Source of the DNA: Dipteris shenzhenensis
Taxonomy: Eukaryota
NCBI GenBank assembly: GCA_047967505.1
Contig: CM106538.1
Reading direction: 5' to 3' (one strand)
DNA length: 64,000 nucleotides
The notes beneath the pieces are model-generated. The model had not been told where the DNA came from, searched no databases, and worked only from the letters and a program-made list of their open reading frames with translations. Position numbers and translations under genes: made by a program. Positions 11,080-24,506 of this stretch are shown in pieces (within the stretch, counting starts at the first letter, position 1; each line of letters opens with the position of its first letter).

Positions 11080-11302
11080 CTGTAAACCCATTACCCAATC
11101 AAGTGGGGAACACTTGTCCAACTACATCTTGCACATCAGTTATTTCAAATCTTGCCTTATGACTCTCATGATGCTTGATGACACTAATTGTTCTTTTATT
11201 ATCATGATCAGTGACCATAACAATGCTTCCAATGTTGAACATTCCAAACTCCACCACTTTCCCAATTTCAATGAATATCTTGATTGTATCATTAGCTTTA
11301 AT
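11080..11302 (-). pseudogene. RPS4: 40S ribosomal protein S4 (eS4) C-terminal fragment, degenerate
   Basis: IKANDTIKIFIEIGKVVEFGMFNIGSIVMVT...VIKHHESHKARFEITDVQDVVGQVFPT*LGNGFT matches plant RPS4 IKANDTIK...KFDVGNVVMVTGG...VIKNREKHKGSFE..HVQD..G..FATRLGNVFT. Confidence 0.85.
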
Positions 11303-11358
11303 TGGTGTACACATTCACACACGCGCGTGCGCCTGTATGTGTGTAGAGACACACTCGC

Positions 11359-11359
<1 letters not shown>

Positions 11360-11453
<94 letters not shown>

Positions 11454-11468
11454 TATATGTATATATAA
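11360..11468. repeat. Compound microsatellite (CT)n(CTAT)n(AT)n
   Basis: Direct observation. Confidence 0.95.
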
Positions 11469-11470
11469 AT

Positions 11471-11665
11471 GATGTACTTTATATTACAAATCCCATAAAG
11501 AATATCTTGTTATTTGGACAATGACATAGAAAACTATAGAGTTTGATGGAAATAAATGCACAATCCAAGATAAATCCAAAGAATATCAACTTGTTCGAAT
11601 AGTAATTAAAGAAGGCATATTATTTAATGTACTAGCATTAGTACCAAATCTTCATGCAATGTCAA
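11471..11665 (+). mobile_element. Short Copia pol fragment related to the outer Copia family
   Basis: DVLYITNP.KNIL..GQ...EFDGNKCTIQDKSKEYQLV...KEG aligns by eye with 21559-21760. Confidence 0.65.
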
Positions 11666-12014
11666 AAAAATATCATCTAGAGCAAGCTAAGAGAACAGCC
11701 AAGGAGGGAAACCAACATGGTTACGATGATCCGGCCAAGGTTGAAGACTGATGAAACTTTCAAAAATAGGGTAGATATAAACATGTCATGCCTTTATAGT
11801 GGGATTTGCTCCCACTGGCACAAAATGGAGTTTGATCAACTAGTCGTACGAGGCTAAGAAAAGATGCATGAAACCATAAGGGAATATATCGCTACAACGA
11901 TTAAACATCTGAATTCCCACTGCGAGCTTCATGAGAATATTAGCGATGGACAACTCCTATCTCAATCCCTTCTCAAGTTAAGGGATGCAAAATTGCATCA
12001 CACTCTGCTCACCC

Positions 12015-12271
12015 TGTTGAGAGATCACACTCAACATCATGTGATCATATGTGCATAGCACCATCATGTGATCATATGTGCATAGCACTAACCCAATAGA
12101 GTGCTATAAAGGAAAGGATTAGATGCCCTAACCCTAACCCTAAATGGGTTTGTATATATTCTACATTTTCAACTAAATCTAGCGTATAATTAGTCATTTG
12201 TGGTGTGCTCTCTAGCTGTGCCCTCTCTCGTCATCTCCACTCTTCTCCTCTCCCCTCTTCATATTTTGTCA
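12015..12271 (+). repeat. 5' LTR of outer Copia
   Basis: Direct repeat of 24507-24732, with an extra internal duplication of CATCATGTGATCATATGTGCATAGCAC. Confidence 0.92.
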
Positions 12272-12289
12272 TGGTGCGTTCCGCGAAGG
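12272..12289 (+). promoter_or_regulatory. Putative primer-binding site of outer Copia (non-Met type)
   Basis: TGGTGCGTTCCGCGAAGG directly after the LTR terminal CA. Confidence 0.6.
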
Positions 12290-14263
12290 CACCATCCTTC
12301 TTGTGAGAGTGATTGTGAGATTGAAAGATCAAGAGATTGAGTGTTTATTCACTTCCATAGAGTGAGAGAAACTTCTGTCCATGGGATTTTCATTCATCTC
12401 TTTCGAGAGTTCGTGAGAGATCTATTGTCAAAGAGAGAGATTTATGTTCCTTACAATTCATTTCTTGAGAAAGAGAGATTTAGAAGTTATGTTCATTTTC
12501 ATTCAGTGAGTGACATAGATTCCGCTCATAGGTTTCCTGATAGTATTTTCTTGAGAGATTTACGAGGTCTCCATTGAGAAAAAGAACTAGAACTACCAAG
12601 GTATGAGAGCAAGAGCGTGATGTTTTTCAATCCGAAAACAAGCTCTAAAGTTGACAATAGCAATGCTACTCCTCTTGTGATGCTTGCTGCGAACTAAAGC
12701 ATTAACTAAACGCTCTCCTTCTATGCTTCTACAACTACAGCCTCATGTGCCATCTTTCGAACAGCTCCAAGCAAAGCAGCTAGCCACATGCGGCACAGCC
12801 CAGCCAACCGCTTCAGTAGGAATCACAAGCAAAGCCAACCGACACAAGCAAAGCCCCTGAAGCCTCTCCAACCAACTAAGCTGCCCCATGGACTCCAAAC
12901 GATGCTTCAATCAACGACCTACTACTCTTGGTCGCTGGACAACCACGGGACCTCGGACCGCTCCAAAGCCTTCTCACGCTTGCCATCGACAGAGATTCTA
13001 CGACACCAGACGACTGTGGCAGAAAAGACGAGCCTCCGTGCACAATGGAGCGAGCACTCTCCATTCAGCCACACTCTAACTTTCGACAATGGACAGCAAT
13101 AGCAAGGAAGCTCACAAGTTACTCTGTCAATTTAGCTTCCGGCTCTACCAAAGCCTCACAATCTCGAACCAGTCCTTTTGCAATGAACAGGACACGTCTT
13201 CAATACGGGCAACCTGCAACGAGCTCATCAACCCCTGGCCGCACTAACGAGCCTCTATCAACAACAAACCCCTCCACACATCTTCATCACCGCAAACACA
13301 AAAGAGCACCTCCTGCGCTGGCTTAGCGACTAGCTTTACAATGAGGACTTACTAGCGGGGTGCACCACCTCCAAGCCTCACAAGCCAGGCTCTCGCTCCA
13401 CGCAACTAATATCCAGGCTCTCACTCCACGCATCTGCAACGGAATATCCAGAGCTCTAACAATGGACGGAGTAAATTTCCGTCAGCATCAAGACGATTCC
13501 GGTGAGCCTCCCCGCGACATGTGGTGGCCACCTTATCCTAAGGTCACCATAAACCTTATCACCTAAGGGTGGTCAATTGATTGACACGTGGCCATATCTT
13601 GACCCCACCTGCAGATAAGGAGTTAAGTTGAACCATCTTGGGTCAAGTTAACCCAGGTACAATCAAGTGAGGATAGAGTTGGTCAAGTTAACCCAGGTCA
13701 GTTTAACCCTTGGTTGGGTCACCACAGTAAGATTTGTTCAAGATTCTAACATGTGGCAGTCGACTGCCATGTCAGCTTATCTGCCACCTCAGTAGTGCCA
13801 TGTGTCACTGACCCTCTGTAAGTACACACAGTGCTCCACAAGCACTTCATGTGCACCTACCTGCCACATCACCACAGTGCTCCATCGAAACACCTCTTGC
13901 TAAGCACACTGTCACATCATCATTGCATGTGACTCACAGTGCCACATCATCACTGCACATTTCACTCCTTTTTGCCCATCCACCTTGTATCTCTTGATCC
14001 ATGTGCACATTTTGGCGCAAGTATCATTCACTTTTAAGCCTCATCTAACAAATCCACTTCTTAGCCTCTACATCAACGCATCTGACCCAGCACACAAAAA
14101 GAACTAAAGAAAATAAATTATTTGTTGTCCTTTCATCGATTGACGGTTGGTATAGATCTAGATCAGAGTTGACTAGATTGCCATAGAGGAGATACTTTGA
14201 ATTTCTCCAAGTTGCCAATTTAAGCCATGCCCAAAATTCCCGACTAGTTCCTACTCGGAGTCA

Positions 14264-17200
14264 TGTTAGATATCAATGCTCCACTCGTGTAACTACGCAG
14301 GAACCAGCTAACTCTACTTGTAAGCCCCCCATATGAGGAGAAGGCATTTGAGTAGCTCAGTTATCCGGTAGGTCCTGGTTTGGACACCAGATGGGGGCCA
14401 TGTGTGGCCTGATGGCTGGACGGAGTTGGCACACTGCCAACTAGGCTACATGTAAGTGCAAGAAGGCATCCCATGATTGATCGCATTGAGGGTAGACGGA
14501 GCATTTCCCGGGGCAACCCACTCTCGAGTTACGGGACCCATTTGGAGCCCTAGATGATCCCGAATGGCTCTGGGCCGAACGGAGACCATAGGTTGGTTGC
14601 TCTATTTTGCGCACCAGTTCTATCGTGTCGTCGGTGGCCTATTTCGGGCCGACCCCCAGTCGGCCATTTTGGGCGGACTGGGTCGGTCACCCAATTGGGT
14701 CTAACCGCCTACAACTGGTGGCTATATAAGAGCAAGCGTGTGAAGCCCATTTCATCACTGGCTACGGCAACCCTGATTCCTTAGCATCCAGCCTCCGTCC
14801 TCTACTGTTTCCAGCATGCCATCGAAGCTCCTCACACAGGAGCGCACGGCTGGGAGGCAGCGCCATCTATTGTATCAGTTTTATAGTAATCAAATTTTTT
14901 ATTCTCCATACTATCTGCTTTTCTCTCTTGCATACGAGATCCTGTTATCTGTTGAGCACAGACGTTGTATTGTTTTCTTACATGGTATCAGAGCTTGGAC
15001 TCTAGCAAGAAGATCTGGTAGTGTGTTTTTGTTTGCGAGCAGATTGTGAGAGATGGCCCAGCCCGCAAGACTGCGAATCCCATCGTTCGGCGAAAGCGAA
15101 AAGTTGGATAGCACTAACTATCCACTTTGGAAGTTCAAGATGAAGACCATCCTAAGCGCATACAAGCTTTGGGATACTGCTACTGGGGTGGACGTGAAGC
15201 CGGTTGCGAGACCGGATCTAGCCAATGCAGGACAACAGATAGTACCAACTGCAGATGAGATTCTTGCGTGGACAAGAAGAAATACAGATGCGCTGTGTTC
15301 TATTGTCTTCAGTGTAAGTGACTCTGTCATGGCGTTAATTCAACATGTCACCACAGCGGAGAAGGCATGGACGGTCTTGAAAAATCAGTACGAGACCACG
15401 AATCAGATGCGGATTCAGAATCTAGAGACTCAACTCACGAACGAGAAACTATCTAAGTCTGAAGCGGCGGAGAAGTTCATCACCAGGGTGAAGAATCTGC
15501 GTGATCAGATGACTGCGATTGGCATCACCATCACTACCGAGAATCTAGCACGAAGGTGCATACGGATTCTCCCACCAAAGTACGACGGTCTTGTTATAGC
15601 GCTGAATACGCAGAACAAAAATCCACCCCTCAACTTTGAGGATTTCAACGCAATGCTTCTGGAGGAGGAGATGCGTCAAAAGATGAGGACTGGAGAAGAT
15701 TCGGCTTTCTACACTGGATCAAAGAAAGGTAAGGGTAAGGACTCTGGTAACCCATCTTCTTCTGATGATAAAAAGAGAAAGAAGAAGATCAAGTGCTTCT
15801 ATTGCAATAAGGCAGGGCACAAGCAGAATGAGTGCCAAAAGAAGATTGCAGATGAGAAGAACAGAGTAAAGAAAGAGTCCAGCAACAACACACAGGCAAT
15901 ACCAGTAGAGTTGTTTGTAGCAATTGAGAAGATTTGCACGGAGGCAGTTCATGTACCGTGGATGAACCTTGGATTATTGACAGTGGTGCATCGCGCCACA
16001 TGACCAATCGGAAGGATTGGTATACCTCTCTACAACCGGTAGGGAATGACATCCTGGTAGCAGCCGGCAATGATGAAAAATGTCCAGCAAAAGGAAAAGG
16101 TACGATTGCTCTCAAGTCAGATGGAGTTGCAAAACAGTTGTCCGATGTTCTTTATGTGCCAGATATCAAGAGGAACTTGTCCATTTCTACGATCACGGAT
16201 CGGGACCTCAAAGTTCACTTTGATAAGAATGGCGCACAGATTTTGGATCTTCAAGGGAAGGTCATTGGTAAAGATACATGGCGCAACATCTACGAACTCT
16301 CAGCTTTTAGTGCTCGACCCGATGTGAAGAACACTAAGCTATGGCATGAGAGGTTTGGTCATCTAAACCTTAGTTCTTTAAAGGAGATGCATAAAAGTGG
16401 AATGATTGCAGACCTACCAGAAATTACAAATCTGCCCGATGTATGTGAAGCTTGCATGATGGGCAAGTAGCATTGGTAGCCCTTTCCTAAAGAGGCCAGC
16501 AGGGCAAAGGCTCCTCTAGAGCTCATTCACACGGACCTCTGCGGAAAGATGGAGACGGAAGCTTTGGGTGGTTCCTACTACTTCATGATGCTGATCAATG
16601 ACTACAGTAGAAGGATATGGATATACTTCCTGAAGACTAAAGATGAGGCTTTTAGTAAGTTCAAAGAATGGCACGTAATGGTCGAGAAAGAATCGGGTAG
16701 GAAGGTGAAGAAGTTGAGATCAGACAGAGGTGGAGAGTTCACTTCAAGTGAATTTGAAAGTTACTGCACAAGTCACGGGATCAAGAGGCAGAAACCCCCG
16801 CCACATACATCATAGCAAAATAGAGTAGCAGAGCGCAAGATGCACGTCATCTGCGAAATGGGCAGGAGTATGATGAAAGGGAAAGATTTGCCAAAGACTT
16901 TCTAGGCTAAAGCATGTAACACGGCAGTTTACATTCTGAATCGTAGCTACACGAAGGCTGTGAACGGGATGACTCCACTGTAGGCTTTTCTGGTAAGAAA
17001 CCTTAAGCTGCACATTTCAGAGTTTTTGGATGTGACTGTTTTGTGCATGTCCCTGATGCTAACAGGACCAAACGAGAACCGAAGAGCCGAAAGTCCATTT
17101 TCTTGGGCTACAGTGAAGAGGCGAAGGATTACTATCTCTATAACCCTGTTACCAAGACGGTAATAGTAAGTCGCAATGTGGTCTTCTAAGAACAGCCGCA

Positions 17201-19787
17201 TTAATTGGAGGAGGATGCTTCCTTCCCAGACAACCAGGAACAGGATAACCATCCAGTACAACCACCAATAGTAGACCGAACTCCCCCAATGGTGCTTGGG
17301 AGGACTCAAGATAAAGAAGAGGAAGAAGAGCCTGCAGAACCACAACAGCAATGGCCATTACCGAAGTGGGTAAAGCAGCTTTTGGATGGCAGAGAACCTC
17401 TAGCCATTGAGAAGGAATCCTCCACACACCGCCGGTCCAAGAGATTAGAGGAGCAAAGAAGGGCGCAAGAACACTTAGTCAACTATGGTTTGATGACAGA
17501 GGTGATCCATGCTGATGAACCCAAGTGTCTTGAAAAGGCACAGGGTGATAATAGGTGGATGGAGGCTATGCAGTCGGAGTATGGCTCCATAATGAAGAAC
17601 AACACTTGGGACCTTGTGGATCAACCACCAAAACGCAAGGTAATCGGCACCAAGTGGGTGTACAAGACCAAGTACAAGTCCGACGGCACGTTGGATAAGT
17701 ACAAGGCTCGGCTCGTGGCAAAAGGATTCGCATAGGTACATGGTTTTGATTATCAAGATACTTTTGCTCCCACAGCTCGACTAACCACAATTCGTAGTGT
17801 TTTGACTTTAGCTGCCCAGGGAAGTTGGCCTGTGTTTCAGATGGATGTAAAATCTTCCTTTCTGAATGGAGATCTCAAGAAGGAGGTATACATGGAACAA
17901 CCACCAGGTTTTGAGATCCCCGGTTCAGAAGGTAACATCTGTAAACTGAAGAAGGCACTTTACGGGCTGAAACAGGCCCCACGAGCATGGTACCAGTGGA
18001 TTGATGCCTACTTTCTGCAAAATGGGTTCAGGAGGAGCCCATCTGATGCAAATTTGTATATGTTCAGAGAAGGAGGCAGGTGTATGATCGTGGTTCTTTA
18101 TGTGGACGACCTTGTCATAACAGGGAACCATGAAGAGAAGATCTTGCAAACAAAGAAGTTGCTAGGAAGAGAGTTTGAAATGACAGACCTCGGACTGATG
18201 CATTTCTGTTTGGGGATTGAAGTTTGGCAAGAGCCAAAACAGATCTTCATCTCACAGCTGAAGTATGCTGGAGAGATACTGAAGGCATTTGGCATGGCTG
18301 AGTGCAAGACAGTTGGCACCCCTATGGAGGTTGATGTGAAGCTCTCAAACAAGGATTCATCACCACTGTGGACAAAGCGAAGTATAGAAGGCTTGTGGGC
18401 AGCTTGATTTTACTTGTGCAACACACGGTCGGACATCAGCTTTGCGACTGGTGTACTAAGCAGGTTTTCCAATAAGCCCGGGAGAACCATTGGAGGGCAG
18501 GGATGCGGGTACTGAAATACATCAAAGGCACACTTGATTATGGCATCACCTATACCAAGGGCAACATCTTGACCGGATTCTGTGACTCGGATTGGGCAGG
18601 AGACATGGACAACAGGAGGTCAGTGACAGGTTATTGTTTCTCACTTAGATCTGGAGCTGTGTCATGGGTCAGCAAGAAGCAACCCACAGTTGCTCTTTCT
18701 TCTACTGAGGCTAAGTACAAATCAGCATGCTTTGCTTCTTGCGAGGGAATATGGTTGAGGAGGATTTTAGGGGACATGGGTGCAGTGCAGAACAAGCCTA
18801 CACAGTTATCATGTGACAATCAGAGTTGCATGGCGATTGCAAAGAACCCTATGTTCCATGCTCGCACAAAACACATTGAGATTCAATATCACTTTGTACG
18901 CAAGCTCATCATGGATGGAGAGGTCGACTTGGTGTACTGTCTGACTACAGAAAATGCTGCGGACATCTTCACGAAGGCTCTTGGAAGAGACTTGCTGGAG
19001 AGGCATCTTCATCGACTTGGCATTGGCCCGAAAAAGTAAGTTCACTTGCGGGTGGACATTGAGGAGGGGTGTTAGATATCAATGTCCCACTCTCGTGTAA
19101 CTATGTAGGAACCAGCTAACTCTACTTGTAAGCCCCCCATATGAGGAGAAGGCATTTGAGTAGCTCGGTTATCCAGTAGGTCCTGGTTTGGACACCAGAT
19201 GGGGGCCATGTGTGGCCTGATGGCTGGACGGAGTTGGCATACTGCCAACTAGGCTACATGCAAGTGCGAGAAGGCATCCCATGACTGACTGCATTGAGGG
19301 TAGACAGAGCATTTCCTAGGGCAACCCACTCTCAGGTTGTGGGGCCCGTTTAGAGCCCCAGATGATCCCGGATGGCTCTGGGCCGAACAGAATCCATAGG
19401 TTAGTTGCTCTATTTTGCGCACCGGTTCTATCGTGTGGTCAGTGGCCTATTTTGGGACCGACCCCCAGTCGGCCATTTTGGGTGGACTGCGGTCACCCAA
19501 TTGGGTCTAACTGACTACGACTAGTGGCTATTTAAGAGCAAGCCCATGAAGCCCATTTCATCACTGGCTACAGCAACCCTGATTCCTTAGCATCCAGCCT
19601 CCATCCTCTACTGTTTCCAGCACGCCATCAAAGCTCCTCACATAGGAGCGCACGGCTGGGAGGCAGCGCCATCTATTGTATCAGTTTTATAGTAAGCAAA
19701 TTTTTGATTCTCCATACTATCTGCTTTTCTCTCTTGCATACAAGATCTGTTATCTGTTGAGCACAGACGTTGTATTGTTTTCTTACA
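14264..19787 (+). mobile_element. Full-length Ty1/Copia element (inner), nested in the leader of the outer element
   Basis: LTRs 14264-14982 and 19070-19787 (TG...CA), perfect TSD AGTCA (14259-14263, 19788-19792), PBS TGGTATCAGAGC 14983-14994, PPT GAGGAGGGG 19061-19069. Confidence 0.97.
15053..19039 (+). pseudogene. Copia gag-pol polyprotein (gag, zinc knuckle, PR, GAG-pre-integrase, IN, RT, RNase H) with stops and frameshifts
   Basis: KLDSTNYPLWKFKM, CFYCNKAGHKQNEC, WIIDSGASRHM, LWHERFGH..CEAC, LRSDRGGEF, KARLVAKGF, LYVDD, CDSDWAGD, ADIFTKAL across ORFs 15053..16003, 15934..16470, 16549..16815, 17205..17735, 17802..18407 and 18503..19039. Confidence 0.95.
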
Positions 19788-20181
19788 AGTCAGTCCCTAT
19801 GCTCATATACGGTTTCACATCATCACATTACCTAAAACCTGACATTCATCAATTCAGTCTGAGCAAACTTCAGAGTGTTCAAAGGCATTGTCCGATTGAT
19901 CAATGGTGGGCAGATAGCACATGATTTGATTTCACACACACACACATGCCATCATTGTAAAGCCTATTTGGCTATTTCACGGCATTGTGCACATCGTTTC
20001 AAGCCTCATAAAGCCTCTTGGCTATCCCCGACATCATTTTCCACAAGACTTGTAATTCAAATCGGATCATATATTGCAGCTCTACCTTCATCGACAGTTC
20101 AAATTTCACTTGCTACAGTCAGTTTTTTGTAGTTGATCCAGACAAGGATTTTCACGACACTTTGAGTACATTTCTTGCACC

Positions 20182-23100
20182 ATGTCTATGAGTAGCAACC
20201 TCAATAAAGAGACATCTGCTAAGCTAGACAACTCCAATTATGGCAAATGGAAATACCGAATGGAGACCATTCTTGTACTTCAGGACAAATGGGGGTATGT
20301 CAATGGATCTACACCTAGACCATTGGACGATCCAACCAACAGTAGCTCTACTCCAACTGTTGTCACAACACTAGCACAACGGGATCTATAGCGGGATCTC
20401 CAGCTACACCAGTAGTTCCCACACCTGTAGCAAATCCTGCCATTGTCTAAGCGCAGGAAGAATGGGATAAGAAAGATAAGTTTGCATATCGTCTGAGCAA
20501 GGAGAATGTGCAAGATGTCATGCTAGGACATCTCAACACTGTTAAGACATCAAAAGAAGCATGCAATATGTTCGCAACTCTCTACGAGTCCAAGAACACT
20601 TCCAAGATTCTCACACTGAGAAACCAAATCAACCAAAGTTTTCGAAACAGCAAAAAAACCGGTCATGCTTACATACTCTGGATCAAAGACAACAATCAAC
20701 TCATAGCATAGCAGGAGACACTATGAATCCATCAAAAAATGGTTCAAGTCAACCTGAATGGACTAGGAGAGGGATACGAGAATCTAGTCCAGAGTATTGT
20801 CATTCAACGGCAAATTTTGACACTGGAAGAACTTCAATCAACAGTCTTACTTGGTGAAGAACTCAGGACTCAAGCCATTCATGCATGCAAAGGTCATTCT
20901 AATGATCAGGCATTCACAAGAGGCAGAGGCAGAGGCACAAGTAGATCATTCCAGAGAAGTGGTCATCATCAACAAACAAAATCATCATCAGAGTCATAAT
21001 CAATATCAGCATCATCCTCAGCAACATCAGAATCAGCAAAGAGGAAATCATTCCAATCGAGGAAGATTCCAAGGACGAGGGAATGCATCCACCAACATGT
21101 CAAACATTCAGTGCAACTACTGTCATAAGTTTGGACACTATGAAAGAGATTGCCACAAGAAGTAGTGCGACCAAGGCAGTCAATCCAACGAGGGAATTTT
21201 CGAGGAAGGGAAAATCATCGTGGTGGACATTCTAGTCACAGTCATTTTGCAAATGAACATGGGATTATGTTTCTTGCGAACGAGGAAATACAGAAGATTG
21301 ATACGGTAAGCCTACACACTAATTGCAATTCAAAAGAGGATTTCAGCTATCAAGTCGACCAAGCAGAATAGGATCCTTGGTACATCGACAACGGTGCATC
21401 ATCTCACATGATAAATCATCAGGAATCGTTCACAAAGTTGAAACCATTAGAATGTCAAAATAATGTCATCTACATAGCAGATAATACACCAAATCCAGTT
21501 CAAGGGACATGCATTATCCCTATGAACAATTTGACTAGTACGAAAGGATTGGTGAAAGATGTACTCTATGTTTTGAAGCTCAGCAAGAACTTTTTATCAT
21601 ATTAGGTCAAATGACAGAACACAACTATCAGGTCATCTTTGATGGAGATGAATGCACTATCAGAGATAAATCTAGAAGATTTCAGCTAGTAGGAAAAGGT
21701 GTCAAGGAAGGACACTTGTACAGAATGCTAGCAACAATACCAAAAATGCATGCCATGTCAGCTCAATCGCAACAGATGCCACTATCCACAAAATGGCACA
21801 AGAGATATGGTCATGTCAATTTCAAGAGCTAGTTACATCTCACGAATCAAAATATGACAATCGGGATTCCAAAGCTATAGTTTCTTGGAAAATTTTGTGA
21901 AGCATGCTGCTTCAGCAAATAAAAGCAAACCAACTTTAGCAAAAGCACCTCTCGAGCATGAGGTATTCTTGATTTGATACATATAGTTTATGCCCAAACT
22001 CGCAACATCAATGGCTCACTTTACTACTTGACTTTCATTGATGACTACAAAAGGTATTGTTGGGTCTACTTTTTGAAAGAGAAATCTGAAGTGTTTTCTA
22101 GATTTCAAGAATTCAAATCCATGGTAGAAAACCAAACAGGTAGAAAGATCAAAGACATGAGATCAAATAGAGGAGATGAACACATGTCTTCAGCATTCAT
22201 GAACTTTGCAGAAGTCACGACATTCAAAGACAATTCACATGTGCAGATACTCCTCAGTAGAATGCAAGAGCTAAAAGGAAGAATGGTACTTTAGCAGACA
22301 GCGCTAGAGCAATGCTTAGTGAAAAGCATCTTCCAAATCAGTATTGGGCAAAAGCAATAGCACTACAAACTATTTGCTTAATCGGCTTCCTACTGAACCG
22401 ATTTAGGGTGTGATACCTTATGAAGCATTCACTAGACATAAGCCACACATTGGGCATATCCGCATATTTGGTTGCATAGCATATGCCCACATACATGATG
22501 ATCATTGTTGGAAATTGGATGCAAAGTCATGTAAATGCATCATGGTTGGCTACAATGAAGAAAGCAAAGCATACAAGTTGTATGATCCCATCAACTGAAA
22601 GGTGATTATATCGAGAGATGTAATCTTTGATGAGGAATCACAATGGAAAAGAGTCAAATACATAGGAGATGGACACACCGATTTCACAGTCATCTACAGA
22701 AAAGGCTGATGAGTGAAGAAAAGCAAGAATTGTCAAAAACACCCCAAGCAAAGCCACAGCAGCTTAGACGGTCTACTAGGAAAAGCAGACCACCAGCCAG
22801 ATTGACATATGCTTAGAAAGGCAAAGCAATTCAGGTGGAAACCACCAACTATGCTCTTATGACTACCATCATGGCTACAGAAGAGCCAGTGTACTTCGAA
22901 GATGCAGTAGACAAGCCAAAATGGCAAACTAAAATGAATGAAGAAATGAAAGCTTTGTAAAAGAATAATACGTGGGAATTATGCAACCTTCCACTAGGAA
23001 AGAAGGCCATAGCAAACAAATGGGTATACAAAGTGAAGTACAATCCAGATGGAAGTATTCAAAGATACAAAGCCAGACTAGGTGCAAAAGGATTTGCATA

Positions 23101-24385
23101 GCAATATGGTCAGGATTTTGATGAGACTTATGCTCCAGTAGCAAAGATGGATTCAATACGGTTCTTGATATCACTAGCAACACTCAGCAGATGGAATGTG
23201 TACCATCTCGATATCAAGAATGCATTTCTCAATGGTTATCTAGACAAAGAAGTCTACATGCAACAACCAGCAGGTTATGTTGAACCAGGAAAGAAGAATC
23301 AGGTTTGCCATCTCAAGAAAAGTCTCTACGGCTTAAGCAAGCACCTAGATGTTGGTACAGTAGAATCGACAAGTATTTTGCTGATTTGGGATACATGAAA
23401 TCCAATGCAAATCATACTCTCTACTACAAAGTTCAAGGGGAGGACATTACTGTTGAACTTTTGTTTGTAGATGATCTGATTGTGACCGAAAGCAAGGACA
23501 GCTTCATCAAAAAGTTAGAACAAGACTTATATGTGCAGAGTTCAACATGAAAGATCTTGGACTTATGCACTATTGTCTTGGAATTGAGTTCTCGAGAGAT
23601 TCAGACAGCACCTTTATCAGTCAGCTCAAATATGTTGATAGTCTCCTAAAGAAGTTTCATATGGCAGATTGCAAGATTGCTGACACTCCCATGGAATAGA
23701 GTTTAAAACTTACAAAAGATTCAAAAAAGCCTACAGTCAATGGTAGATACTACAAGCAGCTCATCAGATCTCTTATATATTTGACTATCACATGGCCAGA
23801 TATCTGTTATGCAGTAAGCTCACTAGCATAGTTTATGGCAAATCCAAAATAGTCTCACTGGAATGTAGCCAAAAGAGTCTTGAGATACATAAGAAGTACA
23901 AGATAGTTTAGGATAGAATACAGAGGAAGTTATCCATGGCTGCATGGATACTGTGACAGTGACTATGGTGGAGATCATGAGACTAGGAGATCCACACAGG
24001 GATATGCCTTTTTCCTTGGTCAAGGTGATATATCATGGTTGTCAAACAAACATGCAACTCTCTTTGTCTTTGACTGAAGCAGAATATAGAGCACTGACTA
24101 CAGGTGCATGTGAGGCTATATGGCTCAGAAGACCATTGTCAGAAATAGATTACTTTGATGAGTCAAAGCCAACAATAATCTACTATGATAATCAATCGGA
24201 GCATTGGCCAAGAATCCAATATATCACTCCATGACAAAGCACATTGATGTAAGAGAGCACTTCATCAAAGAAAGAGTGTTACTTGACTGCAGCATTGTGA
24301 TAGCAAAGGGAATGTTGCAGACATCTTTACCAAACCTCTCGGTAAAGAGCTTTTCGAGAAACATCGACTAGGTCTTGGTTTGATG
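20182..24385 (+). pseudogene. Outer Copia gag-pol, highly fragmented
   Basis: Domain motifs in Copia order (gag-PR-IN-RT-RH) spread over many short ORFs. Confidence 0.9.
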
Positions 24386-24506
24386 CAGAGGAAGGACATT
24401 CCCATTATAGGGGTGTGATGGAATGTAATGCTCAGTCCTTCTTTGATTCCCTAGAATCATCATCTTGAGGGAAGGCCTACTTCATGATGTTGATCTTGAG
24501 GGAAGG

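Noticed and set aside
14554-15049. ORFs within the inner LTR (also 19676..19924 and 53171-55082)
   Set aside because: They lie inside LTRs, are not conserved in frame between copies and show no recognisable motifs
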